A stretch of DNA of 64,000 nucleotides from assembly GCF_009914755.1 (NCBI RefSeq), contig NC_060947.1; one strand, written 5' to 3'. The notes under the pieces were generated by a model that was not told the DNA's origin, searched no databases, and saw only the letters and a list, made by a program, of their open reading frames with translations. Below, in pieces: positions 27,809-41,036 of this stretch (its first letter is position 1; the number at the start of each line of letters is the position of its first letter). The position numbers and the translations under genes are program-made. The stretch comes from the human T2T-CHM13v2.0 reference genome, Homo sapiens.

Positions 27809-29524
27809 CATGCCCACTGCAACCTCTAACATAAGGAAAAGGATATATTTCTCAGAAAAAATATCCTAAAATTTGTATGAAAACACAAAAGACATCAAGT
27901 AGCAAAACCAATTGAGCAAAAAGAAAGAGAATGAAGCTGGAGATATTGCAATACCTGATTTCAAAACATAAAGCAATTGTAATCAAAACAGTACAGTAGT
28001 ATGGTACTGGCATACAAACAGACTCATTGGTCAATGGAATAGGATAGAAAGCCCAGAAATCTATGCATTTACAGTTCATTAATTTTTTACAAAGTTACCA
28101 AAAACATACAATGGGGAAAGGACAGTCTATTCAATAAATGGTACTGAGAAAACCGGTTATCTATGTGCAGAAGAATGAAATTAGACCCTTTTCTCACATC
28201 ATGCACATACCATGCACAAAATTCAACTCAAAATGGATTAAAGATTTAATCGGAAGACCTGAAACTATAAAATCACTTAAAGAAAACATAGGAGAAAAGT
28301 TCTGTGACACTGGTCTGGGCAAGGACTTTTTAGACACGACCCTGAAAGCTCAAGCAACAATAAACTAAAAGGATTGCAAGAAATTAAAGCTTCTCCACAA
28401 CAAAAGAAATAATTAACAAAATGAAGACATAGCCAAAAGATTGAGAAAAAAAATATTTGCATGCCATACATTTGATAAGGGGTTAATATCCAAAATATAT
28501 AAGGAACTAAAACACCTGAATCATAGAAAACCAATAACCCATTTAAAAAATGGACAAAGAACCTGAACAGGCACTTCTCAAAAGAAGACATACAAATGGC
28601 CAACAGGTTCATTTAAAAAATGTTCAGCATCATTGATCATTAGGGAAATGCAAATTAAAACTAAAGTGAGATATCAATTCACACCTATTAGAATGGTTTT
28701 TATCAAAAAGATGAAAGACAAGTTTTGGCAAGGATGTTTAGGGAGCAATTGTGCACTGTTGCTAAGAATGTAAATTAGTACAGCCATTATGAAAAACAGT
28801 ATAGAGATTCATTAAAAAAAATCTTAAAATAGAACAACAATCCCACTTCTGGAAATGTATCCAAAGTAATTGAAATCAATATGTGAAAGGGATATTTGCA
28901 CTCTCATGTTTATTGCAACATTATTCATAATAGCTAAGATACACAATCAACCTAAGTGTCTATCAACAGATGAATGGATAAAGAAAATGTGATATATATA
29001 CCAAATACAATACTATTCAGCCTTAGAAAAAGAACAAAATTCTGTCATTTGGGGCAACATGGATGAATTTAGAGGACACTATGCTAAGTGGAATAAGCCA
29101 GACACAGAAAGACAGATACTGCATGATCTCACTTTTATGTGGAATCTTAAAAATGTCGAATTTATAAAAGTATAGAGTAGAATGATGCTTACCAGAGGCT
29201 AGGGAGTGGGAGAGTGTGAGGAAGTGGGGAGTTGCTGCTTAAAGTGTACATTGTTTCAGCTAGACAGGAGTAATACATTTTGAGATACATTGCACAGCAG
29301 GGTGACTATATTCAATAATAACATACTGTATATTTCAAAATAACTAAGAGTAAATTTCAAATGTATCACCAAAAAACGTCAAACAAATTAGGTGGTAGAT
29401 ATGTTATCTAGTTTATTTTTGTTACTCCACACTGTATACATATATCAAAACATCACGTTGTACTTAATAAAGGTAGTACAATTACGATTTTTCCATTTAA
29501 AATAGTATTAATAAAAAAGAAACA

Positions 29525-31400
29525 AGAGTATGTTGCTCAGAAGAGTAAAGGATCAGTAGCATTTCCTAGAAACTGAGTGGAAAGAACCACAATCCTTATT
29601 TTTAAGAAAGTGTTGAAGTACAGTTATGAGGAAATTTGGAAATTAATTATTGCTTAGCTAAACTTGTTTATATTGTATGAAATACCTCAAAGCCATCTGT
29701 TAGCTTTAAAAATAACTACTCATGTGTCTTTGAATATATGATACAAATCTATACATTTTTAACTTTTTTCTTTGTAATGCACACAAGGCCCAAAAGAAAC
29801 AAAATGTATGTTTTTCCCAGACACAGACAGCCCTAGGGTTTATATGGGTGCAGATTCATTTGGTTACATAAAGAAGGAACTGAGAGAGAGGTACAGTGTT
29901 GAAAAGGGAACAGAAGAAAAAGGAAATACATACAAATACATGTCTATCACTTCTTTAGAAACTCTTTTTAGTAGAAATTTTTTTTTTCCTACACACAACC
30001 ATGAAGATGAAGTAAAAGGCTAACACTTCTTTACATCTTGAAAGAAGGACTAAAGGCCACATTGAGGTGAGGAATTGGCTAATTTTGAAATAAACTTGTG
30101 GCAGACACTGGAGCCACAGTCTGGAATAAGGTATTGGTAAAAGTGGAACCTGCAATTCTCTGGGTGTGCGAACACCTCAACCAACCTCAGAATGTTAGCT
30201 TACATGGGCATGGGGCTGGCTATGCCATACTCTGTTACACTTTTTTTCTGATGAGCTTATCCAGTCACATGATTTCAATACCATTTATAGAATGATCTCC
30301 CAATGTGTTCGTTTCCAAAACCGGCATTCATTTTTCCTGCTAACTGCATGACATTTTGACTTAAATGTCTAATAGGAATCTCTGATTATACATTATATGC
30401 CTTCCCCAACCCTCCACCCCAAGTGTCCCCCCTGCAAGCTCCCCAGATTTTAAAATATCACCTTTAACCCAGGCGCTCAAGGCCAAACCCCGGAACATAG
30501 GTTATTTTCCCCATCTCACGTTCCTCATTTCCCATCCCTGGGCAATTCTTGTTGACTTGTCCAAAATCCACCTGGAACTTGTCTACCTCCCTTCATTTCC
30601 TCAGCCACCATCACATTTCAAGACATGCTAGCCTCTCATCTGCACCAACTACAATGTCTCTGCCTGGTCTCCACCTTCAACCCTCCCCGACACCCCTACA
30701 TTCTTCAAAGTAGCCAGAGTTCTACTTTATATTCAATACTATAAACTTGACTCCCAACTTTGACCTTATATTTTTCAGCTCTTCTATTGAGGTAATTTGT
30801 TTTTCTTTGGTACCACGTCACTTTAATGGAAGAAATGATTCAATCAAAGAGAAAAAAAAAACAAAAATAAATAAGTAGAGGTTTTGTAAGGGCAATATGT
30901 ATGCCCAGCCCTGGCGACCACAGAAATGCATCTCCTGGCAATGGGGAAGCCAGCTTAAGTCTCGGTTTCCATTATCACTATTACTCAGGGTAAGCTTGCC
31001 AAAGAGACGCTCTGCCATGTCATCTTCCAAATACCCCATCTTGCTACCCAGAATCAAGAAATGTTAGCATTTGCATATTTAAAAAAGAAAACTTTTCATG
31101 TAAAATTAAAAACCTCATTATTTTAATCCCTGCCCAATCCCATTCCCCTGACTTTTTCCCCAGAGACAACCACTAGGATGAATTCTAGACCATATTTTAC
31201 ACTTTACCATGCACATGCACCCACAGACACAAGGGCCTAAGACCACTCAGCCCACCCTCCCTACCCCATATATCCACATAGCTTAGAAAGAAAAGATTAA
31301 TGTGTTTTACAGGGACTCATAGAATACCCTCCACCTCCATCCTTAGAGACCCCGAGCTGCATGCAGATGGAGCAGCCCTGGGTGGAAAGACTGCTGGACA
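29525..31400 (+). repeat. Old direct duplication, copy 2 (3' flank of the ferritin pseudogene; includes an L2 remnant at ~30230-30720)
   Basis: Colinear with 15510-17180. It has roughly 190 extra bp (~30320-30515) that copy 1 lacks. Confidence 0.92.
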
Positions 31401-31503
31401 CCCTTTTTAAACTTGCATGGGGATTTGCCCTAGTTAGTAAAAGGTGAGAGTTTTGCAGGCACGCCTCAACTGGACACCTTCATCGCTTTGAGAACCAGAT
31501 AAC

Positions 31504-31509
31504 TTTATT
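31504..31509 (-). promoter_or_regulatory. AATAAA polyadenylation signal of the ferritin-like gene
   Basis: TTTATT on the + strand, ~120 bp downstream of the stop codon on the minus strand. Confidence 0.7.
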
Positions 31510-31631
31510 GCCAACAATGGTAAAACTGAAAGGAAAAAACTGAAGAGAAGGTTCTGAAAGGGTAACATGCACGCCCCGCCAGGTGGCCCGACCCAGGGAA
31601 GGCACCTCGTGGCTGTGGGGCCCGTCTGGGC

Positions 31632-32182
<551 letters not shown>

Positions 32183-32380
32183 GGCGGGCAACGCTGACAA
32201 TGAGCACGCAGGCAAAGGCAGTAGCGCGCAGGCAGCGGTAGCGGTGGCGAGGAATGGCGGACGGTGAATGGCGGTTGTGTGACGGAACCGGAAGTGGGCA
32301 GTGGAGACTGTTATGAAGGAAGGGGCGTGCTTCGAGGCTAGTTGGTTTGAATGAGGGACAGACTTCGGGGGCGAGGTGTG
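32183..32380 (-). promoter_or_regulatory. CpG-rich putative promoter/5'UTR with an ETS (GABPA/ELK-type) site and YY1-like motifs
   Basis: ACCGGAAGTG at 32287-32296; GAATGGCGG twice (32252-32260, 32266-32274). This is the only CpG-dense stretch outside Alus (~31570-32380). Confidence 0.6.
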
Positions 32381-32383
32381 GGG

Positions 32384-32506
32384 CTCCAGCGTTCCATGAG
32401 TTCCATAAGTTCCACCTGAAACTCCAGAGTTCCGTGAGTTCCACCTGAAACTCCAGAGTTCCATGAACTCCACAAACTCCAGAGTTCCGTGAATTCCACC
32501 TGAAAC
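32384..32506. repeat. Short minisatellite, ~29-bp unit (ACTCCAGAGTTCCGTGAGTTCCACCTGAA), ~4 degenerate copies
   Basis: CCACCTGAAA recurs at 32412, 32441 and 32496; built from ~9-10 bp GAGTTCC subunits. Confidence 0.88.
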
Positions 32507-33354
32507 CCTGGCGACTGGACTGTAACCTGACCTTTTCACCTATAACGTATTTTTAAAGTTATTTATGAATATAAGTGTAACCACTTTGAGTGAATCACCT
32601 GGGTGATTTCTTAAAGAAATTTATTACAATATTATCAAAATGTGATTGTTTTATCAAATGTACTGTTTTTTGTGATGTCATTAGTTATACTTAATATCAC
32701 AAAGCTTTATTTGAATGGCAGATATCCTCAGTGACTTCAGCATCCTTACTAGTGACACTTCCAATAACCTCCTTACTCACTTCCTAGACCTTATTAACTT
32801 TAGCAACCTTCATTTTTTTTCTTTCTACTCATGGTCAAGTTCCCTCTTCTCTGACAGCAGAGAACCACCTCCAAAATATCAAACAGTGAACCTTTCCACC
32901 TTTCCATGTTTCCCACTCTTTGAACTTGTTCTTCACTCCTTTTTCTCTTCTAGTATCTTAATCTTTCAGCAGCATCCTAGAAACACTTTTTTTTCAAGTC
33001 GTCCTGTCTGGATCCCAAAATAGACAATTCCAAGATCTCTTCCCTGACATCCTAGATTTGCTCACCCCTTTCACCTAGATTGCAAATTTCCTCTTCTTGG
33101 GTAAGTACAGACTTAAAAGCCTTGGGTGAATTCTTAGAGAAAGCACAACACCTTCAACTTCCTTTACTTCCATTGCCACTCAGTAAGCCTTTTTAAATTT
33201 AATCCTTCTTTTAGGTTCTATGAAATGAGTCATATTAGCATTGTGAATTTAGGCAGTTCTTGATCTATATTTTCAGCGTACTGCTACTTCATTAAAAGTA
33301 TGTAGATACAGAACAAATGCAATAAGCATATGTTATTCCTTTCTTAGGAAGTAA

Positions 33355-33562
33355 GAGAGACATTGGATTCTGTGTCAAATAGACCTCATTTGGAAGCTTG
33401 ACTTCACCTATTTCGAGTTGTGTGAACTTGCATTAGTGTTTTACTCCTGGGAAGAATAATACCAATAATGAGTTTTAAGTAATAAATTAGATGATGCATT
33501 AAACATGAGGGTTATATAGCACTTAGTTTAATGATTGCAATCAATGTGTGATAGCTATTATT
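33355..33562 (+). mobile_element. Degraded MIR
   Basis: GTCAAATAGACCT...TGTGTGAACTTG...ending AGCTATTATT. Confidence 0.5.
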
Positions 33563-36500
33563 TTTTAAAAATAGGCTGTCCCTGAGAAAGCTGTCTAATC
33601 ATTATATAAATGCTCACCTTAGTTTAACTTTAGATTTTTATGTTATAATTCCAAAAGGCAAATATAATACCTTTTTTTCTTTCCTCTTACTCTGTCCTTT
33701 TTTATTTTCAGCTAATCACTAAAATCTCCTTTATGTTATTTCTGGTGGAAATGTTAGAAAATGCTATCCTAAAATATGAATAGCTTTTGCAATCAATAAA
33801 TCCCAAAGATTAGTCTGACAAAGTGACAAACTTCAAAAAGTAGCTTATAAAAAGGATAAACTTCTATAGACATTTCTTATATTATTGTCCTGAATTGTTA
33901 TTTAATTTTGAGTATGTCTGTCTTGTTTCTCTGCCAAAATTGTAAATTTCTTAAGGTCAGGATCCTTAGATTATGTCTGTTTGTTTCTATTGCAGAGCTT
34001 TCTCTTCTATAGGCTTAATAAGGATGATGTCAGAAGTATATCTTATTTTAAATTTTTTTATTTTGTTTTAATACAATATAGTAGTATAGTAGTAGATACT
34101 ATTTTAAATTATTTAAAGAGTAGTATATCTAACTTTAGTCTATTGAATACAGATCCGCTAAATACTGGTACTGGCATTCTGTACTTTATTTTGAAAAATT
34201 TGATAGTTCACAAAGCTGAATTTGTTTTTATTTGAGGAAATGAAGCAGAAAATCAAATATGCAATGTATAGTGGATTTGAGTGATCTTCTTTTAGAAGTT
34301 TGTTACTTCCCATGGACACCAGAAATAAAGTCTGATTGAGAAGGTAAAATTAAAATCACATGTAACTGCCAACAGCTCACATGACAAAGAACTGGAGAAT
34401 AAGGATGCATGATGATTATTTTAAACAAATACTTAATTCATTGGCAAGCTAGAGCTTACAAGGGCCCAAACCTAAGCTATGAATTTAAAAGACAATAAAT
34501 AATTCTAAATTTTTCTTCTCTGGTGTTTACATAGTTGGGCTGATACCTTCCTACCCTTACCCTACCCTGCTACATGTCTACAATAATATTCATTCTTAGC
34601 TTCATTTATCAAATTTGTTAATTACATGAGAATTAGGCTGGTATCTCCCAGCATTTATTGAATAATAAAACCTATCACTTCCACCTTTGATGGGGATATT
34701 GTGTTCTCATAAGGAACTCTTCAACTTCCACATATATACATGGGGACTGGCTCCTGAAAACTAATAGAAATACAGCTATTTTCATTGTATTAAATGATTG
34801 AACCCCTTATTTTCTCTGGCTAATTATCTATTTTAGGGTGGAAAGAAATCAGGTTTCACCGTGCCTCTCTAATGTTGTAGAATAGACATGTGCTTGGTAT
34901 ACGATTAGATCACAATTGCCTTTAAGGAGTGATTTTAAGTCCTATATATTTATGCCACTCAAAAACTTGTGACTCTGTGGTTCAATAGATTATTACGGTA
35001 TTATGGAGTGTACTATCAGCTTTAGGGGGATGGCTGGCCTAAAGTAGAGGATTATATGGACATACACGACTAAAGGAAATTTTGACAGAGAAAATTTGCT
35101 ACAGCCTACTCTAACCTATTTTCAACACCCAAACATATACTCATTTAAAACAATTTTAATATGAATATATGAATCTAGTTAGCAATGTTTAATAATTAAA
35201 GTGTTTGTTTTCACTATGATTGTTATGAATACAAAATGTTTTTCCCTCAAATTGTTAGAAAGACTGAGATATACTTTATTTCTTTAGTGGGATGTAACGT
35301 TATTCAAAAAGTTAAGTGCTGTGTTCCTGGACCAAAAAAAAAAAAAAAAGGAACCAGCAAAGTAAATTATTAAGAACCTCCAGATTTCACTTTTTTTTAA
35401 ATTATAAACTACAAAATTACAAAATTGGCTACTTCATTATCTTTCAATTATTTCATGTGTCATCAACTTCTTCATGATGCAAATATTTGTTGAATGATGC
35501 TGTAAATATTTTTCTTACTTAAAGGCATAGTTTTTATTATACGCACTAAAGATTCCTTAGTTACTCTAATCATAGAATGAAAAGAGGTCAATATCCTCAA
35601 GCTCTGTTTAAATGATCAGAGATTAGGAGTGCATAGCAGGGGTATCACTGCCCATGGAATCCAATTCTATTTGGCTTCTGGCTTTTACATCCTTCCAGAG
35701 CTGAATTTATCACCACTTCTGCTACACAACTGACAAAGCTATGGATACTATGCCAGGCCAAGAGAGAAAATCAGACTACAACTACTTCAAGAAATATGAA
35801 GGCATATATTTCTTTTTCCTTTATTAGAGGCCCCCGTGCAAGTGTTCCTACCCTTGTTTCAGTGGTTGGAGCCCAAGGTTTCAAAGTGAATATTTCTTTG
35901 TTCATAAAATTGCTGAATGCCAGTATGGAAATAAGACACGATTATCAAAGTGTCACTTCAGCATTAGGGAAAAAAAGACATGCAATTAGAAGACTTTAAC
36001 TCTAAACCTCACTCTTAACCTTAGATAACACAGTTATTTGAAATTTTCTCAGCTATAAAATGGAAATAATATTTAAATCTTTATGCCGTTAGCATCAAAA
36101 AGAAAAAATAATTATGCAAAGATGAATGGGCTTTGAAAACTTTAAGAGGCTACACAAATAAAATTATGTATCAGGCTGTCCTAAACTCCTTTGCTTTCTA
36201 TAAACTATAGATTGGAGGTCAGATTGTTTTCTGAAGTCTCACTGGTGTTTAAAATCCAAATAGATTAAATGCTGCTCCTGTTTGCCTGCATGACAACTGA
36301 TACCAATGTGGGTAGTTACAGTGTTGAGAAACTCACATAATTTCTCCAAGAAAGCATATTTTACTGGGATTTGCCATTCCTAATAAACAAAAGAGGGCTT
36401 ACTATTGACTCTGATTTTGCAAATGTATTTCTTCATGTTAAGCAACAGCTAAGATTGAGTATGATTAAATTGGAGGCTATCACACTGGATTAATGTGATC

Positions 36501-36593
36501 AAAATGTTTCTTTTCCACCATGGCTTCTTTCCTTTCTGTGTTTGTTACACCATTCTTTATTACATCTCTTCCTCCTTCTCTTCCATAAATCTA

Positions 36594-38960
36594 TAGGCAT
36601 ACCCTGTTTTATTTTGCTTCACTTTATTGTGCTTTGCAGATATTGTGTTTTATACAAATTGACTGTGGCAAACCTGCACTGAGCACGTCTCTTGGCACCA
36701 TTTTTCCAACAGCATGTGCTCACTTCCTGTCTGTCATATTTTGACATTCCTCACAATATTTCAAATCTTTTTATTATTATTATATCTGTTATGGTGATCT
36801 GTGATCAGCGATCCTTTATGTTACTCTTGTAATTGTTTTGCAGTACTATGAACCATGTCCATATAAGATGTGAACTTAATCAATAAATGTTGTGCCTGTT
36901 CTGACTGCTCCACAAATTAACCATTCCCCCATCTCTCTCCCTCTCATAGGGCCTCCCTATTTTCTGAGACACATATTGAAATTAGGCCAATAAATAACCC
37001 CACAATGGCCTCTAAGTATTCAAGTGAAAAGAAGAGTCACATGTCTCTCACTTTAAATAAAAAGTTAGACATTATTAAGCTTAGTGAGGAAGGCAAGTCA
37101 AAAGCTGGTATAGTCCAAAAGCTAGGTCTCTTGTGCCAAACAGTTAGCCAAGTTGTGAATTCAAAGGAAAAGTTCTTGAAGGAAATTAAAAGTGCTACTC
37201 TAGTGAACACACCAATGATAAGAAGGTGAAACAGCCTTATTGCTGATATGCAATTGAGTGGTCTCAATAGACTATCAAAACCAGCCACAATGTGCTCTTA
37301 AGCCAAAGCCTAATCCAGAGCAAGGTCCTAAGTCTCATCAATTTTGTGAAGAGAGAGAGGGGAGAAAGCCGCAGAAGGAAAGTTGGAAGCTAGCAGAGGT
37401 TGGTTTATGAGCTTTAAGGAAGAAGCCATCTTTATAAGTGCAAGATGAGGCAGCAAGTGCTGATGGAGAAGCTGCAGCAAATTATCCGAAAGATTTAACT
37501 AAGATAACTGATGAAGATGGTTATAGTAAACAACAGATTTACAATACAGATAAAACAGCCTTATACTGGAAAAACATGTCATCTATGACGTATCTAGAGA
37601 GAAGAAGTTAATGCTTGGCTTCAAAGCTTCAATGGACAGACTACCTTTGTTGTGAGGAGCTAATGTACCTGATGACTTTAAGTGGAAGCCAGTGCTCATT
37701 TACTATTCCAAAACTCCTAGGCCCCTTAAGAATTATGTGAAATATAATCTCCCAGTGCTCTATAAATAGAATAACAAAGCCTGGGTAGTAGCACATCTGT
37801 TCACTGACTATTTTAAGCCCACTGTTGAGATCTAGTACTGAGAAAAAAAACAGATTTCTTTCAGAATATTACTGCTTGTTGACAGTACACCAGGTCATCC
37901 AGAGCTCTCTGATGGAGATGTACAAGTAGATTAATGCTGTTTTTATGCCTACTAACACAACATCCATTCTGCACCCCGTGAATCAAGGAGCAATTTTGAC
38001 TTATTATTTGTCTTATTATTTAAGAAATGTGTTTTGTAAGGCCATAGCTACAATGGAAAGTGATTCCTCTGATAGATCTGGGCAAGGAAGATTGAAAACC
38101 TTCTGGAAATAATTTACCATTATAGCTGCCATTAAGAACATTCATGATTAATGGGAGAAGGTCAAAATATCATCACTAATAGGAGTATGAGAGAAGGTGA
38201 TCCCAGTCTTTATGGATGACTTTGAGGGGTTCAAGACTTCAGTGGAGGAAGGTACTGCAGATGTGGCAGAAATGGCAAGAGAACCAGAAGTGGAGCCTGA
38301 AGATGCGACTGAATTACTACAATCTCATGATAAAACTTGAATGGATAAGGAGTTGCTTTTTATGGATGAGCAAAGAAAGTGGTTTCTTGAGATTGAATTT
38401 ACTCCTGGTGAAGCTGTGAACATCGCTGAAATGACCAAAAAAAAAAAAAAAGATTTAGAATATTACAGAAATGTAGTTAACAGGATTTGAAAAGATTGAC
38501 TCAAATTTTGAAAGAAGTTATATTGTGGGTAAAATGCTATCAAATAGCATCACATGCTACAGAGAAATCTTTTGTGAAAGGAAGAGTCAATTGATATGGC
38601 AAACTTCATTGTTGTCCTATTTTAAGAAACTGCCATAGCCAATCCCCCAACCTTCAGCAACCACCACCCTGATTGATCAACAGCAATCAATATCGAGGCA
38701 AGACCTCTCGCCACCAGCAAGATTACAACTTGCCGAAAGACCAAAAGATTGTTAACATTTTTAGCAATAAATTATTTTTAAATAAAGTATATACATTTTA
38801 AATATAATGCTATTACACACTTAAGAGACTACAGTATAGTGTAAACATAACTTTTATATGCACTAGGAAATCAAAAAGTTTATGTGACTTGCTTTATTGT
38901 GATATTTGTTTTATTGTGGTGGTCTGCAACCAAACATGCAGTATCTCCAAGGTATGCCTT
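36594..38960 (+). mobile_element. Essentially full-length Tigger1 (pogo/Tc1-mariner) DNA transposon, transposase disrupted
   Basis: TIRs AGGCATACC...GGTATGCCT with TA on both sides; 2367 bp. ORF 37005..37229 ([30 protein letters not shown]...) is the CENP-B-type HTH N-terminus of the Tigger1 transposase. Confidence 0.96.
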
Positions 38961-39922
38961 TATGTTGAGCATCAATTGTGTGATGCCCATGGCATTGGGC
39001 AATTATATAAAGTATCCTTTAATTCTCACCAAAGTTTATTTGAGATTGATAGTATGGTTTCCTTTTTATAGATGAGAAGATATGCACCAGGAAGTGCCAG
39101 ATTACATAACCAAATGTGGAAAAGCAGGTATTCATGTACATGATTTCTGACCCTAATGTATTGCTATTTTTATAAAGCATGCATATTAATCAATGAATTT
39201 TTATAATAGAGAAAAACCTAGCTCATTGATTTTTCTTTCAGTGACATGGAAGACTTAAATCTCCTTTTTTGTTTGTCTAGGACATCATAGCTCTTCCAAT
39301 GAACCAGTGTCGTCCGAGGCATCTCAAACTGCAGGCTGGCTTACCTGCTTTGTTAATTCACAAGATAAATTCATTAATCTATTTACTCAAATATTTGAGT
39401 GTCTATTATATTTTAAATGCTGTGATGCATATTAAGACAATGAGATAAAGGAGATAATTAACATACTAACTGGCACATATAAAGTTAAAAGTAAATGACA
39501 CACAGCCTTTGCTTTGTATGTGATTATAATAAAAATGATTAAAAGACATGTATTATAGTATTGGAAATGGTATGATACACTCTATTTATCAGGAAGAAAT
39601 GAGCTACAACTTTTTGTGAAGGAGAGAGCTAGAATTTTTTGTGAAGGAGAGACCACTTCTAGCAGGGACAGTTTTGCACTGGTTATAAAAGGAGATGAGG
39701 ATAGAAGGAGTTTTGATTTTTAAAATTTGAGAGAAATGCTATAGAATGTTAACAAATCTGATAATTTATAGAAGCTTCTCCTCAGTTATTAATAATTCAT
39801 TCAGTAAATACTTTTTGAGCATCTACTTTGTGCTCTGCACTTTCTAAGTACTGGGATTTCAGAGGCTAATAGACTAAGTCTTGGTTTTCATAGAACATTT
39901 AGCTTAGAAAAGAAGAGGGGGT

Positions 39923-40204
39923 GGCCAGGTGTAGTGGCTCACGCCTGTAATCTCAGCACTTTGGGAGGCTGAGGCAGGCAGATTTCTTACACTCAGGAGT
40001 TCAAGACCAGCTTGGGTAACATAGGGAAACCCTGTCTCTAGGAAAAGTAGCCAGGCATGGTGGTGCATGCCTGTAGTCCCAGCTACTTGGGAGGCTGAGG
40101 TGGGAGGATTTTGAACCTGGGAGGTCAAGGCTGTAGTAAGCTGAAATTGCACCACTGCACTCCAGCCTAGGTGACAGAGTGAGACCCCGCTAAGAGAAAA
40201 AAAA
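39923..40204 (+). mobile_element. AluJ
   Basis: Dimeric Alu. TSD-like GAAAAGAAGAGGGG at 39907-39920 and 40205-40218. Confidence 0.93.
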
Positions 40205-40277
40205 GAAAAGAAGAGGGGAAATAAATACACATAAAACATCTCATAGAGATAAATGTAATATAAAAAATAAAACAGAG

Positions 40278-40750
40278 TGTATTAGGGTTCTCCAAAGAAA
40301 CAGAACCAATAGAAGATAGATAGGGAGGGAGGGAGGGAGGGAGGGAGATAGATAGACAGATTTATTATACGAATTGGCTCATCATATCATTCTGGAGGCC
40401 AAGAACTGCCATCTGCAAGCTGGAAGACCAGAAAGGCCAGTGGTCTAAGTCCCAATGTGAGTCCAAAGACCCAAGAACCTGGAGCTCTGATGTCCTAGGG
40501 CAAGATAACATGGATGTCCCAGCTCAAACACAATTCACTGTTCCTCCCCCATTTTGTTCTATTTGAGACATCAATGGATGGGATGATGCCAATCCATATT
40601 GGTAAGGGTGATCTTCTTTACTCAGTCTACCAATTCAAATGCTAATCTCCTCCAGAAACCCCTTCACAGACACATCCAGGAATAATATTTTACCAACTAT
40701 TTGAGTACTTCCTAGCCCAGTCAAGTTGACACACAAAATTAACCATCACA
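40278..40750 (-). mobile_element. MLT2 (MLT2B-like, ERVL) solo LTR
   Basis: TGTATTAGGGTTCTCCAAAGAAACAGAACCAATAG...CCAGTCAAGTTGACACACAAAATTAACCATCACA, with an internal GATA/GGGA microsatellite. Confidence 0.9.
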
Positions 40751-41036
40751 CAGGATAAGGCTATAGGGAGTGGTGGATGGTGATAATCTGGGTTAAGTGG
40801 TCAGAGAGGGACTCTCTGAAAAGTGACATCTGAAAGATGACTGAATAAGGTTAACCAAATGAACATTTAGGAACGGAATACGGCAGGCAGAAAACAGAGG
40901 AAATTCAAAGGCTCTAAAATGAGATATTTCTCATTCCTGGTGGGAACTTTAGCTTTTATTCTAAATGTTCTGGAGGGCCTTCTGAGGATTGTAATAGACG
41001 ATGAAGATTACTTTAAAATTATGTGTGTCTATAGGT

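Larger units (their letters stand above)
26625..29520 (+). mobile_element. 5'-truncated LINE-1 (L1MA6-8-like): 3' half of ORF2 plus 3'UTR
   Basis: RT remnants ([37 protein letters not shown]) and a 3'UTR ending AATAAAAAAGAAAC. Confidence 0.9.
39790..41010 (-). mobile_element. Fragmented L2 3' region, interrupted by Alu and MLT2
   Basis: ATTCATTCAGTAAATACTTTTTGAGCATCTACTTTGTGC; later GTGGTCAGAGAGGGACTCTCTGAAAAGTGACATCTGA. Confidence 0.6.

Noticed and set aside
32384-32506. ~29-bp repeats resembling a CRISPR array
   Set aside because: The repeats are tandem without unique spacers, there are no cas genes, and the context is a primate genome.
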